From Eledone cirrhosa (lineage: Eukaryota), in the NCBI GenBank assembly GCA_964016885.1, contig OZ024752.1, positions 7,378,001 to 7,442,000 of the forward strand: 64,000 nt of DNA, given 5' to 3'. Below the pieces are notes generated by a model. That model was not told the origin of the DNA. It searched no databases and worked only from the letters and a program-made list of their open reading frames with translations. The translations under genes were made by a program, and so were the position numbers. Each line of letters opens with the position of its first letter. The stretch's first letter is position 1. Of this stretch, positions 13,605 to 24,830 are shown piece after piece.

Positions 13605-14428
13605 AAGTCTGTCTTGAGCCCGGAAGCTCATCAGTCCGGTGCTTTTACCGGCTTCCGTGGCAATGAGCAATAGAGGATACAAGATTCCTCCCTGGACAGG
13701 ACGCTAGTCCATCACAGGGTTAAACTCCCAGCAGTTATTGCCTGTTGGAACTCATTTTCAGCTGAGTATACTGGAGAAATGTGAAATAAAGTGTTTTGTT
13801 CAAGAAAATAAACACAACCCAGTCCAGGAATTGAACCCATGACATTATGGTCATAAGTCCAACACCCTCACCACTAGACCACATAACAGCACAGGAATCA
13901 AACCCACGACATTATGGTCATAAGTCCAACACCCTCACCACTAGACCACATAACAGCACAGGAATCAAACCCACGATGTTATGGTCACAAGTCCAACACC
14001 CTCACCACTAGACCACATAACAGCACAGGAATCAAACCCACGACATTATGGTCATAAGTCCAACACCCTCACCACTAGACCACATAACAGCACAGGAATC
14101 AAACCCACGATGTTATGGTCACAAGTCCAACACCCTCACCACTAGGCCACATAACAGCACAGGAATCAAACCCACGATGTTATGGTCATAAGTCCAACAC
14201 CCTCACCACTAGGCCACATAACAGCACAGGAATCAAACCCACGATGTTATGATCGTAAGTCCAACACCCTCACCACTAGGCCACATAACAGCACAGGAAT
14301 CAAACCCACGATGTTATGATCGTAAGTCCAACACCCTCACCACTAGGCCACATAACAGCACAGGAATCAAACCCACGATGTTATGATCGTAAGTCCAACA
14401 CCCTCACCACTAGGCCATGCACCTCCAC
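13605..14428 (-). mobile_element. tRNA-derived SINE (second family) with 9x tandem 67-bp head
   Basis: Head units contain TGG(C/T)CTAGTGG and GGTTTGATTCC. The body is shared with 12665-12897 and 32865-33075. Confidence 0.75.
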
Positions 14429-14579
14429 ATTCAGTCTTTCGTTATAACTAAAATACTAACAGACTCTCATTAAATAATTTCCTTCTTTCAAGAATCAGAA
14501 TGTTTGTTTTTTGTTGTTTTTTTTTCAATTAATTCTAACAATAAAACTAAAGAAATAAAATTAATTTATTTACAGAACG

Positions 14580-14885
14580 GAATGAAATCTTCTTGTGCCA
14601 ACATTGTACCAGTGTTTGACGAACCATGACGTTCCACACTGTTCGATCATGGCCAATATATCATACTTCTGTGGCTTTGATGTTGAAATTATAAAAAAAA
14701 ATGACCTCCTTTGATGACCTCTAACTCGCTTCCCAGGAATTTTTCCACTAATAGAAAGGTCTTCCATCATGCTTTTCCTGATGCCATGTCCTCAGAACAC
14801 TAGTTGTTTCGTTTTAATAGGGAGCAGTATCTCACATCCCATCCACACTCTCTTCAAAACCTCTTCGTTATTTATTCAGTCGACG
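14580..14885 (-). mobile_element. RTE/BovB-like LINE 3' fragment
   Basis: NEEVLKRV...GHxIRK...SGKIPGKRVRG motif series. Confidence 0.6.
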
Positions 14886-15331
14886 TACAAGAAGTTCCCA
14901 AGTGGGAAACTACTTGAAAATAGGAGTTAAAACATTCCGTATCATTTCAGCACGTAATAAAAATATAGATTAAAAGAAGAAACATTTCATCTTCAGCATC
15001 AAATAGTATTAATTTATCTTTAATGCTAATTAATCCTAATTAAGGCTAATTATAAAATACATGATTAACTATAAATAAAAGTCAAAGTTCTAATTATGTT
15101 TTAAAAAACAAAAGTAATAAAGGTTTCTGATATAGGCACAGGGCCAACAATTTGGGGGGAGGGGAAAGTCGATTAACTCGACCCCAGTGTATTACTGGTA
15201 CTTAAATTTATCAACCCTGTAAGAATGAAGGGCAAAGTTAACCTCGGCGGGATTTGAACTCAGAACGTAAAGGGCCACAACTCTATGTCGTAAAGCAAAG
15301 ATAATGTTCACAAAAACATTTATCAATTTCA

Positions 15332-17660
15332 TTGTGGTGAGGTAATGTAGGGGTTATTACAGTGAGATGAGGTAATGTAGGGGTTATTACAGTGAGGTGA
15401 GGTAATGTAGGTTATTACAGTGAGATGAGGTAATGTAGGGGTTATTACAGTGAGATGAGGTAATGTAGGGGTTATTACAGTGAGGTGAGGTAATGTAGAG
15501 GTTATTACAGTGAGATGAGGTAATGTAGGGGTTATTACAGTGAGGTGAGGTAATGTAGGGGTTATTACAGTGAGATGAGGTAATGTAGGGGTTATTACAG
15601 TGAGATGAGGTAATGTAGGGGTTATTACAGTGAGGTGAGGTAATGTAGGGGTTATTACAGTGAGGTGAGGTAATGTAGGGGTTATTACAGTGAGATGAGG
15701 TAATGTAGGGGTTATTACAGTGAGATGAGGTAATGTAGGGGTTATTACAGTGAGATGAGGTAATGTAGAGGTTATTACAGTGAGATGAGGTAATGTAGGG
15801 GTTATTACAGTGAGATGAGGTAATGTAGGGGTTATTACAGTGAGATGAGGTAATGTAGGGGTTATTACAGTGAGATGAGGTAATGTAGGGGTTATTACAG
15901 TGAGATGAGGTAATGTAGGGGTTATTACAATGAGATGAGGTAATGTAGGGGTTATTACAGTGAGATGAGGTAATGTAGGGGTTATTACAGTGAGATGAGG
16001 TAATGTAGGGGTTATTACAGTGAGATGAGGTAATGTAGGGGTTATTACAGTGAGATGAGGTAATGTAGGGGTTATTACAGTGAGATGAGGTAATGTAGGG
16101 GTTATTACAGTGAGGTGACGTAATGTAGGGGTTATTACAGTGAGGTGAGGTAATGTAGGGGTTATTACAGTGAGGTGAGGTAATGTAGGATATTACAGTG
16201 AGGTGAGGTAATGTAGGGGTTATTACAGTGAGGTGAGGTAATGTAGAGGTTATTACAGTGAGGTGAGGTAATGTAGGGGTTATTACAGTGAGGTGAGGTA
16301 ATGTAGGGGTTATTACAGTGAGGTGAGGTAATGTAGGGGTTATTACAGTGAGATGAGGTAATGTAGGTCATTACAGTGAGGTGAGGTAATGTAGGGGTTA
16401 TTACAGTGAGGTGAGGTAATGTAGGGGTTATTACAGTGAGGTGAGGTAATGTAGGGGTTATTACAGTGAGGTGAGGTAATGTAGGGGTTATTAAGTGAGG
16501 TGAGGTAATGTAGGATATTACAGTGAGATGAGGTAATGTAGGGGTTATTACAGTGAGGTGGTGTAATGTAGGGGTTATTACAGTGAGGTGAGGTAATGTA
16601 GGATATTACAGTGAGGTGAGGTAATGTAGGGGTTATTACAGTGAGGTGGGGTAATGTAGGGGTTATTACAGTGAGGTGAGGTAATGTAGAGGTTATTACA
16701 GTGAACTAAGGTAATGTAGGATATTACAGTGAGGTGAGGTAATGTAGGGGTTATTGCAGTGAGGTGAGGTAATGTAGGATATTACAGTGAGGTGAGGTAA
16801 TGTAGGTCATTACAGTGAGGTGAGGTAATGTAGGTTATTACAGTGAGGTGAGGTAATGTAGGATATTACAGTGAGGTGAGGTAATGTAGGGGTTATTACA
16901 GTGAGGTGAGGTAATGTAGGGGTTATTACAGTGAGGTGAGGTAATGTAGGGGTTATTACAGTGAGGTGAGGTAATGTAGGATATTACAGTGAGGTGAGGT
17001 AATGTAGGGGTTATTACAGTGAGGTGAGGTAATGTAGGGGTTATTACAGTGAGGTGAGGTAATGTAGGGGTTATTACAGTGAGGTGAGGTAATGTAGGGG
17101 TTATTACAGTGAGGTGAGGTAATGTAGAGGTTATTACAGTGAGGTGAGGTAATGTAGGGGTTATTACAGTGAGGTGAGGTAATGTAGGGGTTATTACAGT
17201 GAGGTGAGGTAATGTAGGGGTTATTACAGTGAGGTGAGGTAATGTAGGGGTTATTACAGTGAGGTGAGGTAATGTAGGGGTTATTACAGTGAGGTGAGGT
17301 AATGTAGGCTATTACAGTGAGGTGAGGTAATGTAGGGGTTATTACAGTGAGGTGAGGTAATGTAGGGGTTATTACAGTGAGGTGAGGTAATGTAGGGGTT
17401 ATTACAGTGAGGTGAGGTAATGTAGGTTATTACAGTGAGGTGGGGTAATGTAGGTCATTACAGTGAGGTGGGGTAATGTAGGTTATTACAGTGAGGTGAG
17501 GTAATGTAGGGGTTATTACAGTGAGGTGAGGTAATGTAGGTCATTACAGTGAGGTGGGGTAATGTAGGTTATTACAGTGAGGTGAGGTAATGTAGGCTAT
17601 TACAGTGAGGTGAGGTAATGTAGGGGTTATTACAGTGAGGTGGGGTAATGTAGGTTATTA
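15332..17660 (-). repeat. 30-bp minisatellite (~78 copies) immediately after the nanos stop codon
   Basis: Sense unit CTGTAATAACCCCTACATTACCTCA(C/T)CTCA. Confidence 0.97.
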
Positions 17661-17913
17661 CAAGCCCCTTTTTGAACGTCTTTTTCCCGAGCTCATCCTC
17701 GGAGTTAAGTGACTGACCACAGGTGATGTATAATGTTTTTCCTGTGGACAGTACAACTTTGTGTGTGCCATACTTCCAGTGGCACCACAACTGGGGCAAA
17801 CATATTTATGTAATACAGGACAGATCACATTCCCTTGCTTGTCCTTGAGTGTGTGAGTCAAATAAACTGTCTCGTGTTCACCATTCTTTCGGCAGAACGC
17901 ACAAAAAAAATGA
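17658..17913 (-). CDS. nanos: nanos, last coding exon with tandem CCHC zinc fingers
   Basis: Acceptor ttttcag|. CAFCRKNGEHETVYLTHTLKDKQGNVICPVLHKYVCPSCGATGSMAHTKLYC fits C-x2-C-x12-H-x10-C-x7-C-x2-C-x7-H-x4-C exactly. Stop TAA at 17660-17658. Confidence 0.96.
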
Positions 17914-18389
17914 CTGAAAAATAAAGTAAAGATAAAGAATAAGAGTAGGAAATGATATGTTATTAAGGCCCAAGGCCAATAGTTTGGGGGGCAGGGGAAA
18001 GTTGATTAAATCAACCCCAGTACTGGTACTTTATTTAGGCCCAAGGACAATAGTTTGAAGGGCAGGGGAAAGTTGATTAAATCAACCCTAGTGCGTGACT
18101 GGTACTTTATTTAGGCCCAAGGCCAATAGTTTGGTGAGATGGGAAAGTCAATTAAATTGACCCCAATGTATTACTGGTACTTTATTTTATCAACCCTGTA
18201 AGGATGAAAGGCAAAGCTAACCTTGAAAGGATTTTAACTCAGAACGTAAAGGGCCGTAACTCTATGCCACAAAGCATGTTGTCCGACGCTCTACCGATTC
18301 TGCCAATCCACTGATGAAACTGAATATTGACAATAAATAGAAAGTGGAATGCCAGGAAACTGAATCATATCCAATAGTAAACTAATGTA

Positions 18390-18815
18390 CTCTAACTTCA
18401 AAGTACGGGTTGTGACATCACTTATGACATCATAGTCGAGAACGTAGTATTACCTCAAATACAGGTTGTGACATCATTTAAGTCATCGCATATGACATCA
18501 TTGTCCAGGAGATAATATAACTTCAAAGTACAGATTGTGATATCACTTATGACATCATAGTCAAGAATGTAGTATCACCTCAAAGTACAGGTTGTGATAT
18601 CACTTATGACATCATAGTCAAGAATGTAGTATCACCTCAAAGTACAGGTTGTGATATCATTTAAGTCATCACTTATGACATCATTGTCCAGGACATAGTA
18701 TAGCTTCAAAGTACAGGTTGTGACATCACAAATGACATTATTTATGACATCATTGTCCAGGACGTAACATCACCTCAAATACAGATTGTGACATTACTTA
18801 TGACATCACTGTCCC
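18390..18815. repeat. degenerate ~53-bp tandem repeat rich in TGACATCA
   Basis: About 10 TGACATCA words in repeated caaagtacaggttgtga... units. Confidence 0.8.
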
Positions 18816-19444
18816 GGTCGTAGTAGACTCCAGGGAACCCAACACACAGAATTTCAAAGGCATGACATCTCCCAGAGAAAAAGTTTAAAGTTTACAACAA
18901 AAATCCCACAAATATAATAATTAAGATTTTGAAAAACCAGGACATTTTCAATTTCATTTAATTGTCTATCTGTATTGGTCATTGCCTTTTCCTGTGACAA
19001 CATTGGAAACATGGAAAGGGGAGACCAACATGCATGGGTGACCACTGGTCTTCCTCAAACAAACCTTGCCTGGACTTCTGCCCCGAGAGAAACTTTCTAG
19101 GTGCAAATCCCATCATCATTCGTAACTAAAGGGAGTCTTTGAATATGTATGTATATATATGTGTGTGTGTGTGTATATATATATGTATATATACAAAAAA
19201 CATGGGCGGAGGTGGTGAGAGCTGACCTCAGATCGCTGAAGCTCACGGAGGAGATGATGAAGGACTGTGATGAATGGAGAGATGCTGTACTGAATAGGAC
19301 CCGTCCCACCCTTGCAAGCAGGGAAAAGTGGACGTATGATGATGATGATGATTCATTTTGCCTGAATAACGCACTATAACGCATGTGGTTTTTAATTTTT
19401 TATATTTATCAGAAATATAATTCCTGAATTATGTGAATTTGTTG

Positions 19445-20235
19445 GGTGGTTAATATCACTTTGTCACTACATGGTTGGATGGTTAATATCACTTTGTCAT
19501 TATATGGTTGGATGGTTAAGATCACTTTGTCACTACATGGTTGGATGGTTAATATCACTTTGTCATTATATGGTTGGATGGTTAAGATAACTTTGTCACT
19601 ACATGGTTGGATGGTTAAGATCAGTCACTACATGGTTGGATGGTTAAGATCACTTTGGCACTACATGGTTGGATGGTTAAGATCACTGTCACTACATGGT
19701 TGGATGGTTAAGATCACTTTGTCACTACATGGTCGGATGGTTAAGATCACTTTGTCACTACATGGTTGGATGGTTAATATCACTTTGTCACTACATGGTT
19801 GGATGGTTAAGATCAGTCACTACATGGTTGGATGGTTAAGATCAGTCACTACATGGTTGGATGGTTAAGATCACTCACTACATGGTTGGATGGTTAAGAT
19901 CACTTTGTCACTACATGGTTGGATGGTTAAGATCACTTTGTCACTACATGTTTGGATGGTTAAGATCACTTTGTCACTACATGGTTGGATGGTTAAGATC
20001 ACTGTTACTACATGGTTGGATGGTTAAGATCACTTTGTCACTACATGGTTGGATGGTTAAGATAACTGTCACTACATGGTAGGGTGGTTAAGATCACTTT
20101 GTCACTACATGGTTGGATGGTTAAGATCACTTTGTCACTACATGGTTGGATGGTTAGGATTCCTTTGTCACTACATGGTTGGATCGTTAAAATCACTGTC
20201 ACTACATGGTTGGGTGGTTAAGATCACTTTGTCAG
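19445..20235 (+). repeat. 29-33-bp minisatellite, ~25 copies
   Basis: Unit catggttggatggttaagatcactttgtcacta. Confidence 0.95.
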
Positions 20236-20859
20236 GACATGCTTTCTGCTTTAATTCTATTATGTGACACCTTAAACAAATGTCTTCTAGCAGAACATTT
20301 AATTAACCAATTAATACGTTCTGAGTGAAATTTGGTAACGAGAAATTGTGAAGACGTTGTGTCTTAATAAGTAGGTTTACCTCATTACCTGGTTTAACAT
20401 CAATACAAGACTCTTAGTTACATTTAGCAGAGGTTGCACATATGTGGGCCATTCCTGGCTAATTCCTCTCTTGAACCTCTTTACTAAGGTATTCCTGTCT
20501 TTTATTCCAATCCAATCCCCTCTCACTCCTCTAGGAGGAACACCCCACCCCCCACTTCCTGGTTGACCTACATCCAATACAATCCAGGACCTTCCCACTC
20601 CTGTGGGAGAACCCCCCCCCCCCATTGGTTGACCTCCACCACTTTCCGTTTGGTTTTCATCATGTCTTTAGATGTGTAGTTGTACTCACCATGCTTGACC
20701 AATTGTGGGTTAGTGGGGCTGTATAACCTATAATTGGGATGGATGGTTGGTGACTCTGAGGAGTTCATCTGCACTTTTAACAGCTCCTTTTTTGTGCTGC
20801 TGGGGTTCCAGTTACCCTCCTCACCAGACCAGGGTCTGGTGGGGGAGCTGGTTTAGTGA

Positions 20860-21605
20860 CTGACCACTCAACCATGAAGCAGGTCGTACTGGGCTGCATG
20901 GTACCAGTAGCAGACAGAAGCCACTCAACCATGAAGCAGGTCGTACTGGGCTGCATGGTACCAGTAGCAGACAGAAGCCACTTGACCATGAAGCAGGTTG
21001 TACTGGGCTACATGGTCCCAGTAGCAGACAGAAGCCACTCAACCATGAAGCAGGTCGTACTGGGCTACATGGTCCCAGTAGCAGACAGAAGCCACTTGAC
21101 CATGAAACAGGTTATACTGGGCTACATGGTACCAGTAGCAGACAGAAGCCACTTGACCATGAAGCAGGTTGTACTGGGCTGCATGGTACCAGTAGCAGAC
21201 AGAAGCCACTTGACCATGAAGCAGGTTATACTGGGCTACATGGTACCAGTAGCAGACAGAAGCCACTCAACCATGAAGCAGGTTGTACTGGGCTACATGG
21301 TCCCAGTAGCAGACAGAAGCCACTCGACCATGAAGCAGGTTGTACTGGGCTGCATCGTACCAGTAGCAGACAGAAGCCACTCAACCATGAAGCAGGTTAT
21401 ACTGGGCTACATGGTACCAGTAGCAGACAGAAGCCACTCAACCATGAAGCAGGTCGTACTGGGCTGCATGGTACCAGTAGCAGACAGAAGCCACTTGACC
21501 ATGAAGCAGGTTATACTGGGCTACATGGTACCAGTAGCAGACAGAAGCCACTCAACCATGAAGCAGGTTATACTGGGCTACATGGTACCAGTAGCAGACA
21601 GAAGC
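20860..21605. repeat. 54-bp minisatellite, ~14 copies, derived from a retroelement 5' region
   Basis: The minus-strand unit and its flank align with the single-copy segment 27290-27450. Confidence 0.9.
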
Positions 21606-22130
21606 TAGATTTATTGCCATGATATAAATAAAGGAATGGTAGGTGGTGTATACCAACAGACGAACTTGGTTCAAGAGTTCAGAAGAGTTTGCACAGGTTT
21701 AACCCTCTACCACTTACATTACTTAATATTTGATATTATATTTTCGCAGTAAAAACATTACTTCATATAATCGGTAGAGGGTCGGACGGCATGCTTTGCA
21801 GCATAGAGTTACGGCCCTTTACGTTCTGAGTTCAAATCCCGCCGAGGTTAACTTAGTCTTTCATTGTTATGGGGTCGATAAAATAGGGTACCAGTAATGC
21901 ACTGGGGTAATTGCTGGCCTTGTGCCAAAAGTAGAAACAATTATTTATTTTGAGAACAATACCATAACATAAATATAAGCAGCTGGTTACAGCCGGTTTG
22001 AACAGAAAGAGGTGAGAGAATTCTGGCCGGATATGGTCGGTTTAATACTAAAGCGTTAACTTAGATTATCTCACATATTTCGTGGTTCACAGAACTAAAT
22101 GAAAAGAACAATATTTATGGATTAATTTAC

Positions 22131-22315
22131 CTTAATTTCTTTGGATCTTTAGCTGTTTCATTACTTATATTCTTGTTGTCATCGTTTCTGTTGCTTTCTT
22201 CAGAATTCTTCTCCATTTTGGGAGTTTCTGCAATGTTTAGCTTCTTAAATTCGATATCAACAAAAAATGTTTCTGACGACATATATTTCTGCTTGCTCTC
22301 AGATTGGGTTTCTCC
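22131..22315 (-). CDS. nanos: nanos, internal exon (GETQSESKQKY...TAKDPKKL)
   Basis: Pyrimidine-rich acceptor ttctcttattaccag|, donor AG|GTAAAT. Open for 185 nt, and the phase 2 end matches the zinc-finger exon. Confidence 0.8.
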
Positions 22316-22868
22316 CTGGTAATAAGAGAAATATATATGTATGTATATAAGACTGCGGTGGTGTGGACATGTGATGCGCATGGAGGATGACCGCTGGGTA
22401 AAGAAGTGCCAAGAAATCCCAGTGGAAGGAAGACCACGAAAAACATGGCGGAGGTGGTGAGAGCAGACCTCAGATCACTGAAGCTCACGGAGGAGATGAC
22501 GAAGGCTGTGACAAGTGGAGAGATGCTGTGCTGAATAGGACCCGTCCCACCGAATGGACGACGACGGCGAGGTGGTGGGTGTGTGTGTGTGTGTATGTGG
22601 AAAAGAATAAAACAAAATTTCATTTCTCACTCTTACATACTTATATTTAGGTATCAACCGTACTAAGATATACATACTTATATATATATATAGATATAGA
22701 TATAGATAGGTAAATATACACGGGTGTGTATGATTGTGTACAGAAGATTATATTAATAAGAGGAATTCCAACTTTGTCTGATTTACTCGTTTTATTTACA
22801 ATCCTTTAAAATATATAATGGTATTATAATGAAATAGTATGATAGAATATTAAATTCTAAGTGTTAAT

Positions 22869-22907
22869 TGAACAAGTACTTTCATGCTTTCGCAATCTTC
22901 AGATTCA
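22869..22907 (-). ncRNA. minimal type I hammerhead ribozyme (in nanos intron, sense)
   Basis: UGAAU-CUGAAGA-UUGC(GAAA)GCAU-GAAA-GUAC-UU-GUUCA. A U.U mismatch closes stem II. Confidence 0.55.
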
Positions 22908-23475
22908 TAATATATATATATATATATATATATAGTATTAAGGATACTATTTATGGTTATGTATATACTAAAACCTTTTATAGTTATATATATTTTAAAC
23001 CCTAAACAGTGAAAGACAGTAATTTATTACTACCTTATTACCAGTAAGATAAATAGCTCAATGTAATAACACATATATATATATATAATAGTAAAACACT
23101 GATGGGTTATATCCACAGTAGTAGAGGACTCAGTCCATGGGATTAACTGTTGTGGAACTACTTCTATATATACATATATATATGTGTGTGTGTGTGTGTG
23201 TGAGAGAGACAGTCGCCCCACCCTCCACCAATATTTACTCCTTTTTGTTGAAATGTCTTCTCCAATATAAACTCGTCTTATTAACTGCCAAGGGTTATAA
23301 CAACCAGCAGAGAGTATCAACAATGGAGACACCAATGGACACATTGTTTCCTTGGTCTGATCTGAGGAGTTCCACCCAACTCTGTTCCTGTAAGAGGTCT
23401 GGGATCTTGTCGATCGATCGATCAATTAACAACCATTCTTAGAGTAAAACCACACAAGAAGCAAGGTATACTTAC

Positions 23476-23512
23476 ACACTTAACGCAGGTAAATGGTAAT
23501 GTTGGCGACAAT
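23476..23512 (-). CDS. nanos: nanos, 37-nt micro-exon (R-LSPTLPFTCVKC)
   Basis: Acceptor attccag|, donor |GTAAGT. Phase 2 in and phase 0 out, which exactly bridges the flanking exons. Confidence 0.7.
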
Positions 23513-24409
23513 CTGGAATTGTAAATAGATAATAGAGTTTGTTATGGAATAACAGATGGAGTCAGGGGACTAGTTTGCCTTAAAAATGTGAGGGGCACAA
23601 ACCAACATTTTTTGGTCCTTAAAGGAGTGTGTTAGTATTGCTTGTGGGGCCTTTCCTGGACCCTATCACATAAGTAAGATTTTATGCTAATTAAATTTGA
23701 TATATTCAAATGAAGTTCAGATATAAAAAAATAAGCTTAAAAAGAATTTATTATATCAAATAAACAAAAAACAAAAGATGGTCCCCTGTTCCTTAAAAAA
23801 GTGAAGGGACTTGTCCCTTGGTACCCCGCTGAAACAAGGCCCTTGGATGAGGTAGATACAGAGGCGTAATTAGGTAAAATAGCATCTATGGCAAACAGTG
23901 AAATTGTGACCCTACCCAGCACTGTATTTTTAACTACGGTCCTATTGGACCCCGTACAGTCGAGCTCCTCCGCAAGATCGGAAGGTCGGCTGCCCTTCTG
24001 AGGAAGGAACCCTGCACAGTAAAAGTCACAGAAGAAAGCCCCATTTAAAATCTCGTACGTGGAACATTTCCAGCTAGAAGTTTTAAAATCTTATAAAATG
24101 AAAAGAATTGGTGACCAAGCAGTAACATAACAATAACTATGTATTATATACAAGTAAACATTTATGAATAAATAAATAAATGCCAACATCTATAAAAGAA
24201 CCCCAAATGTCTGCATCTGACCATTTTACTTTAGTACTCAATACGACAGAAGGTACAGTAGGGTAGTGACATATAGTGTTCACTATGGGGTTATTGTCCA
24301 TCTCAGCTATACCTTCATGGATCACATAAGAGTAATCCTGTTAGTTTGCTAAGCGGGTAGGGACGTATAGCTTATTGAGAAAGAACACAACCACAAGGAT
24401 ATGGTCCGA

Positions 24410-24830
24410 ACCTGAAAAGCCGAACTCCCACTGTCATCGACTCCATCTCTCTCGCCCTCCCCATCTCTCTGTATGGTGAGCAAATGGGGTCCCACGTGCT
24501 GGCCTCCCCACAGCCCCGACGGACAGAATGGAGAAGGTGTTTCCCCGGAGGATGGTAAGGGAGATGCGCTGGAAGAGCCATTCCATCTCACGAGGCTCAC
24601 ACCTGCGGGTGGCCAGCTCAGCGCCTATGGTGGTGAGTAAGGAGGTATCCTAAGGGCCAAGGACACCAGAAGTCTCCACTGATAGGGGTACGACCGCAAA
24701 CCTGTCGGAGAGCGACCGGTACTTGGAGGGTTTGCCCTCCTCAGCCCGAGGTGCAGCAGAACCTTGGTTAGTCGCAGACTGCACCAGGTTGCGGCTGGAG
24801 AAAAATGTCGCTGCAAGTGGCATCCCAGAA
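24410..24830 (-). mobile_element. CRE-like LINE 3' fragment in nanos intron
   Basis: SAAPRAEEGKPSKYRSLSDRFAVVPLSVETSGVLGP...WLFQRISLTILRG. A shorter copy lies at 25910-26065. Confidence 0.7.

Noticed and set aside
13825-14428. Tandem tRNA gene cluster
   Set aside because: Units are contiguous with a SINE body and lack a convincing acceptor stem and terminator, so they were called SINE heads.
20377-20774. Possible nanos exon (phase-compatible AG|GTAAAC donor at 20381)
   Set aside because: The upstream part aligns with the retroelement at 27290-27450, and the frames are broken by stops. Exon 22131-22315 fits better.
20856-21608. 250-aa repeat ORF
   Set aside because: It is a 54-bp minisatellite that happens to be stop-free in one frame, antisense within a nanos intron.
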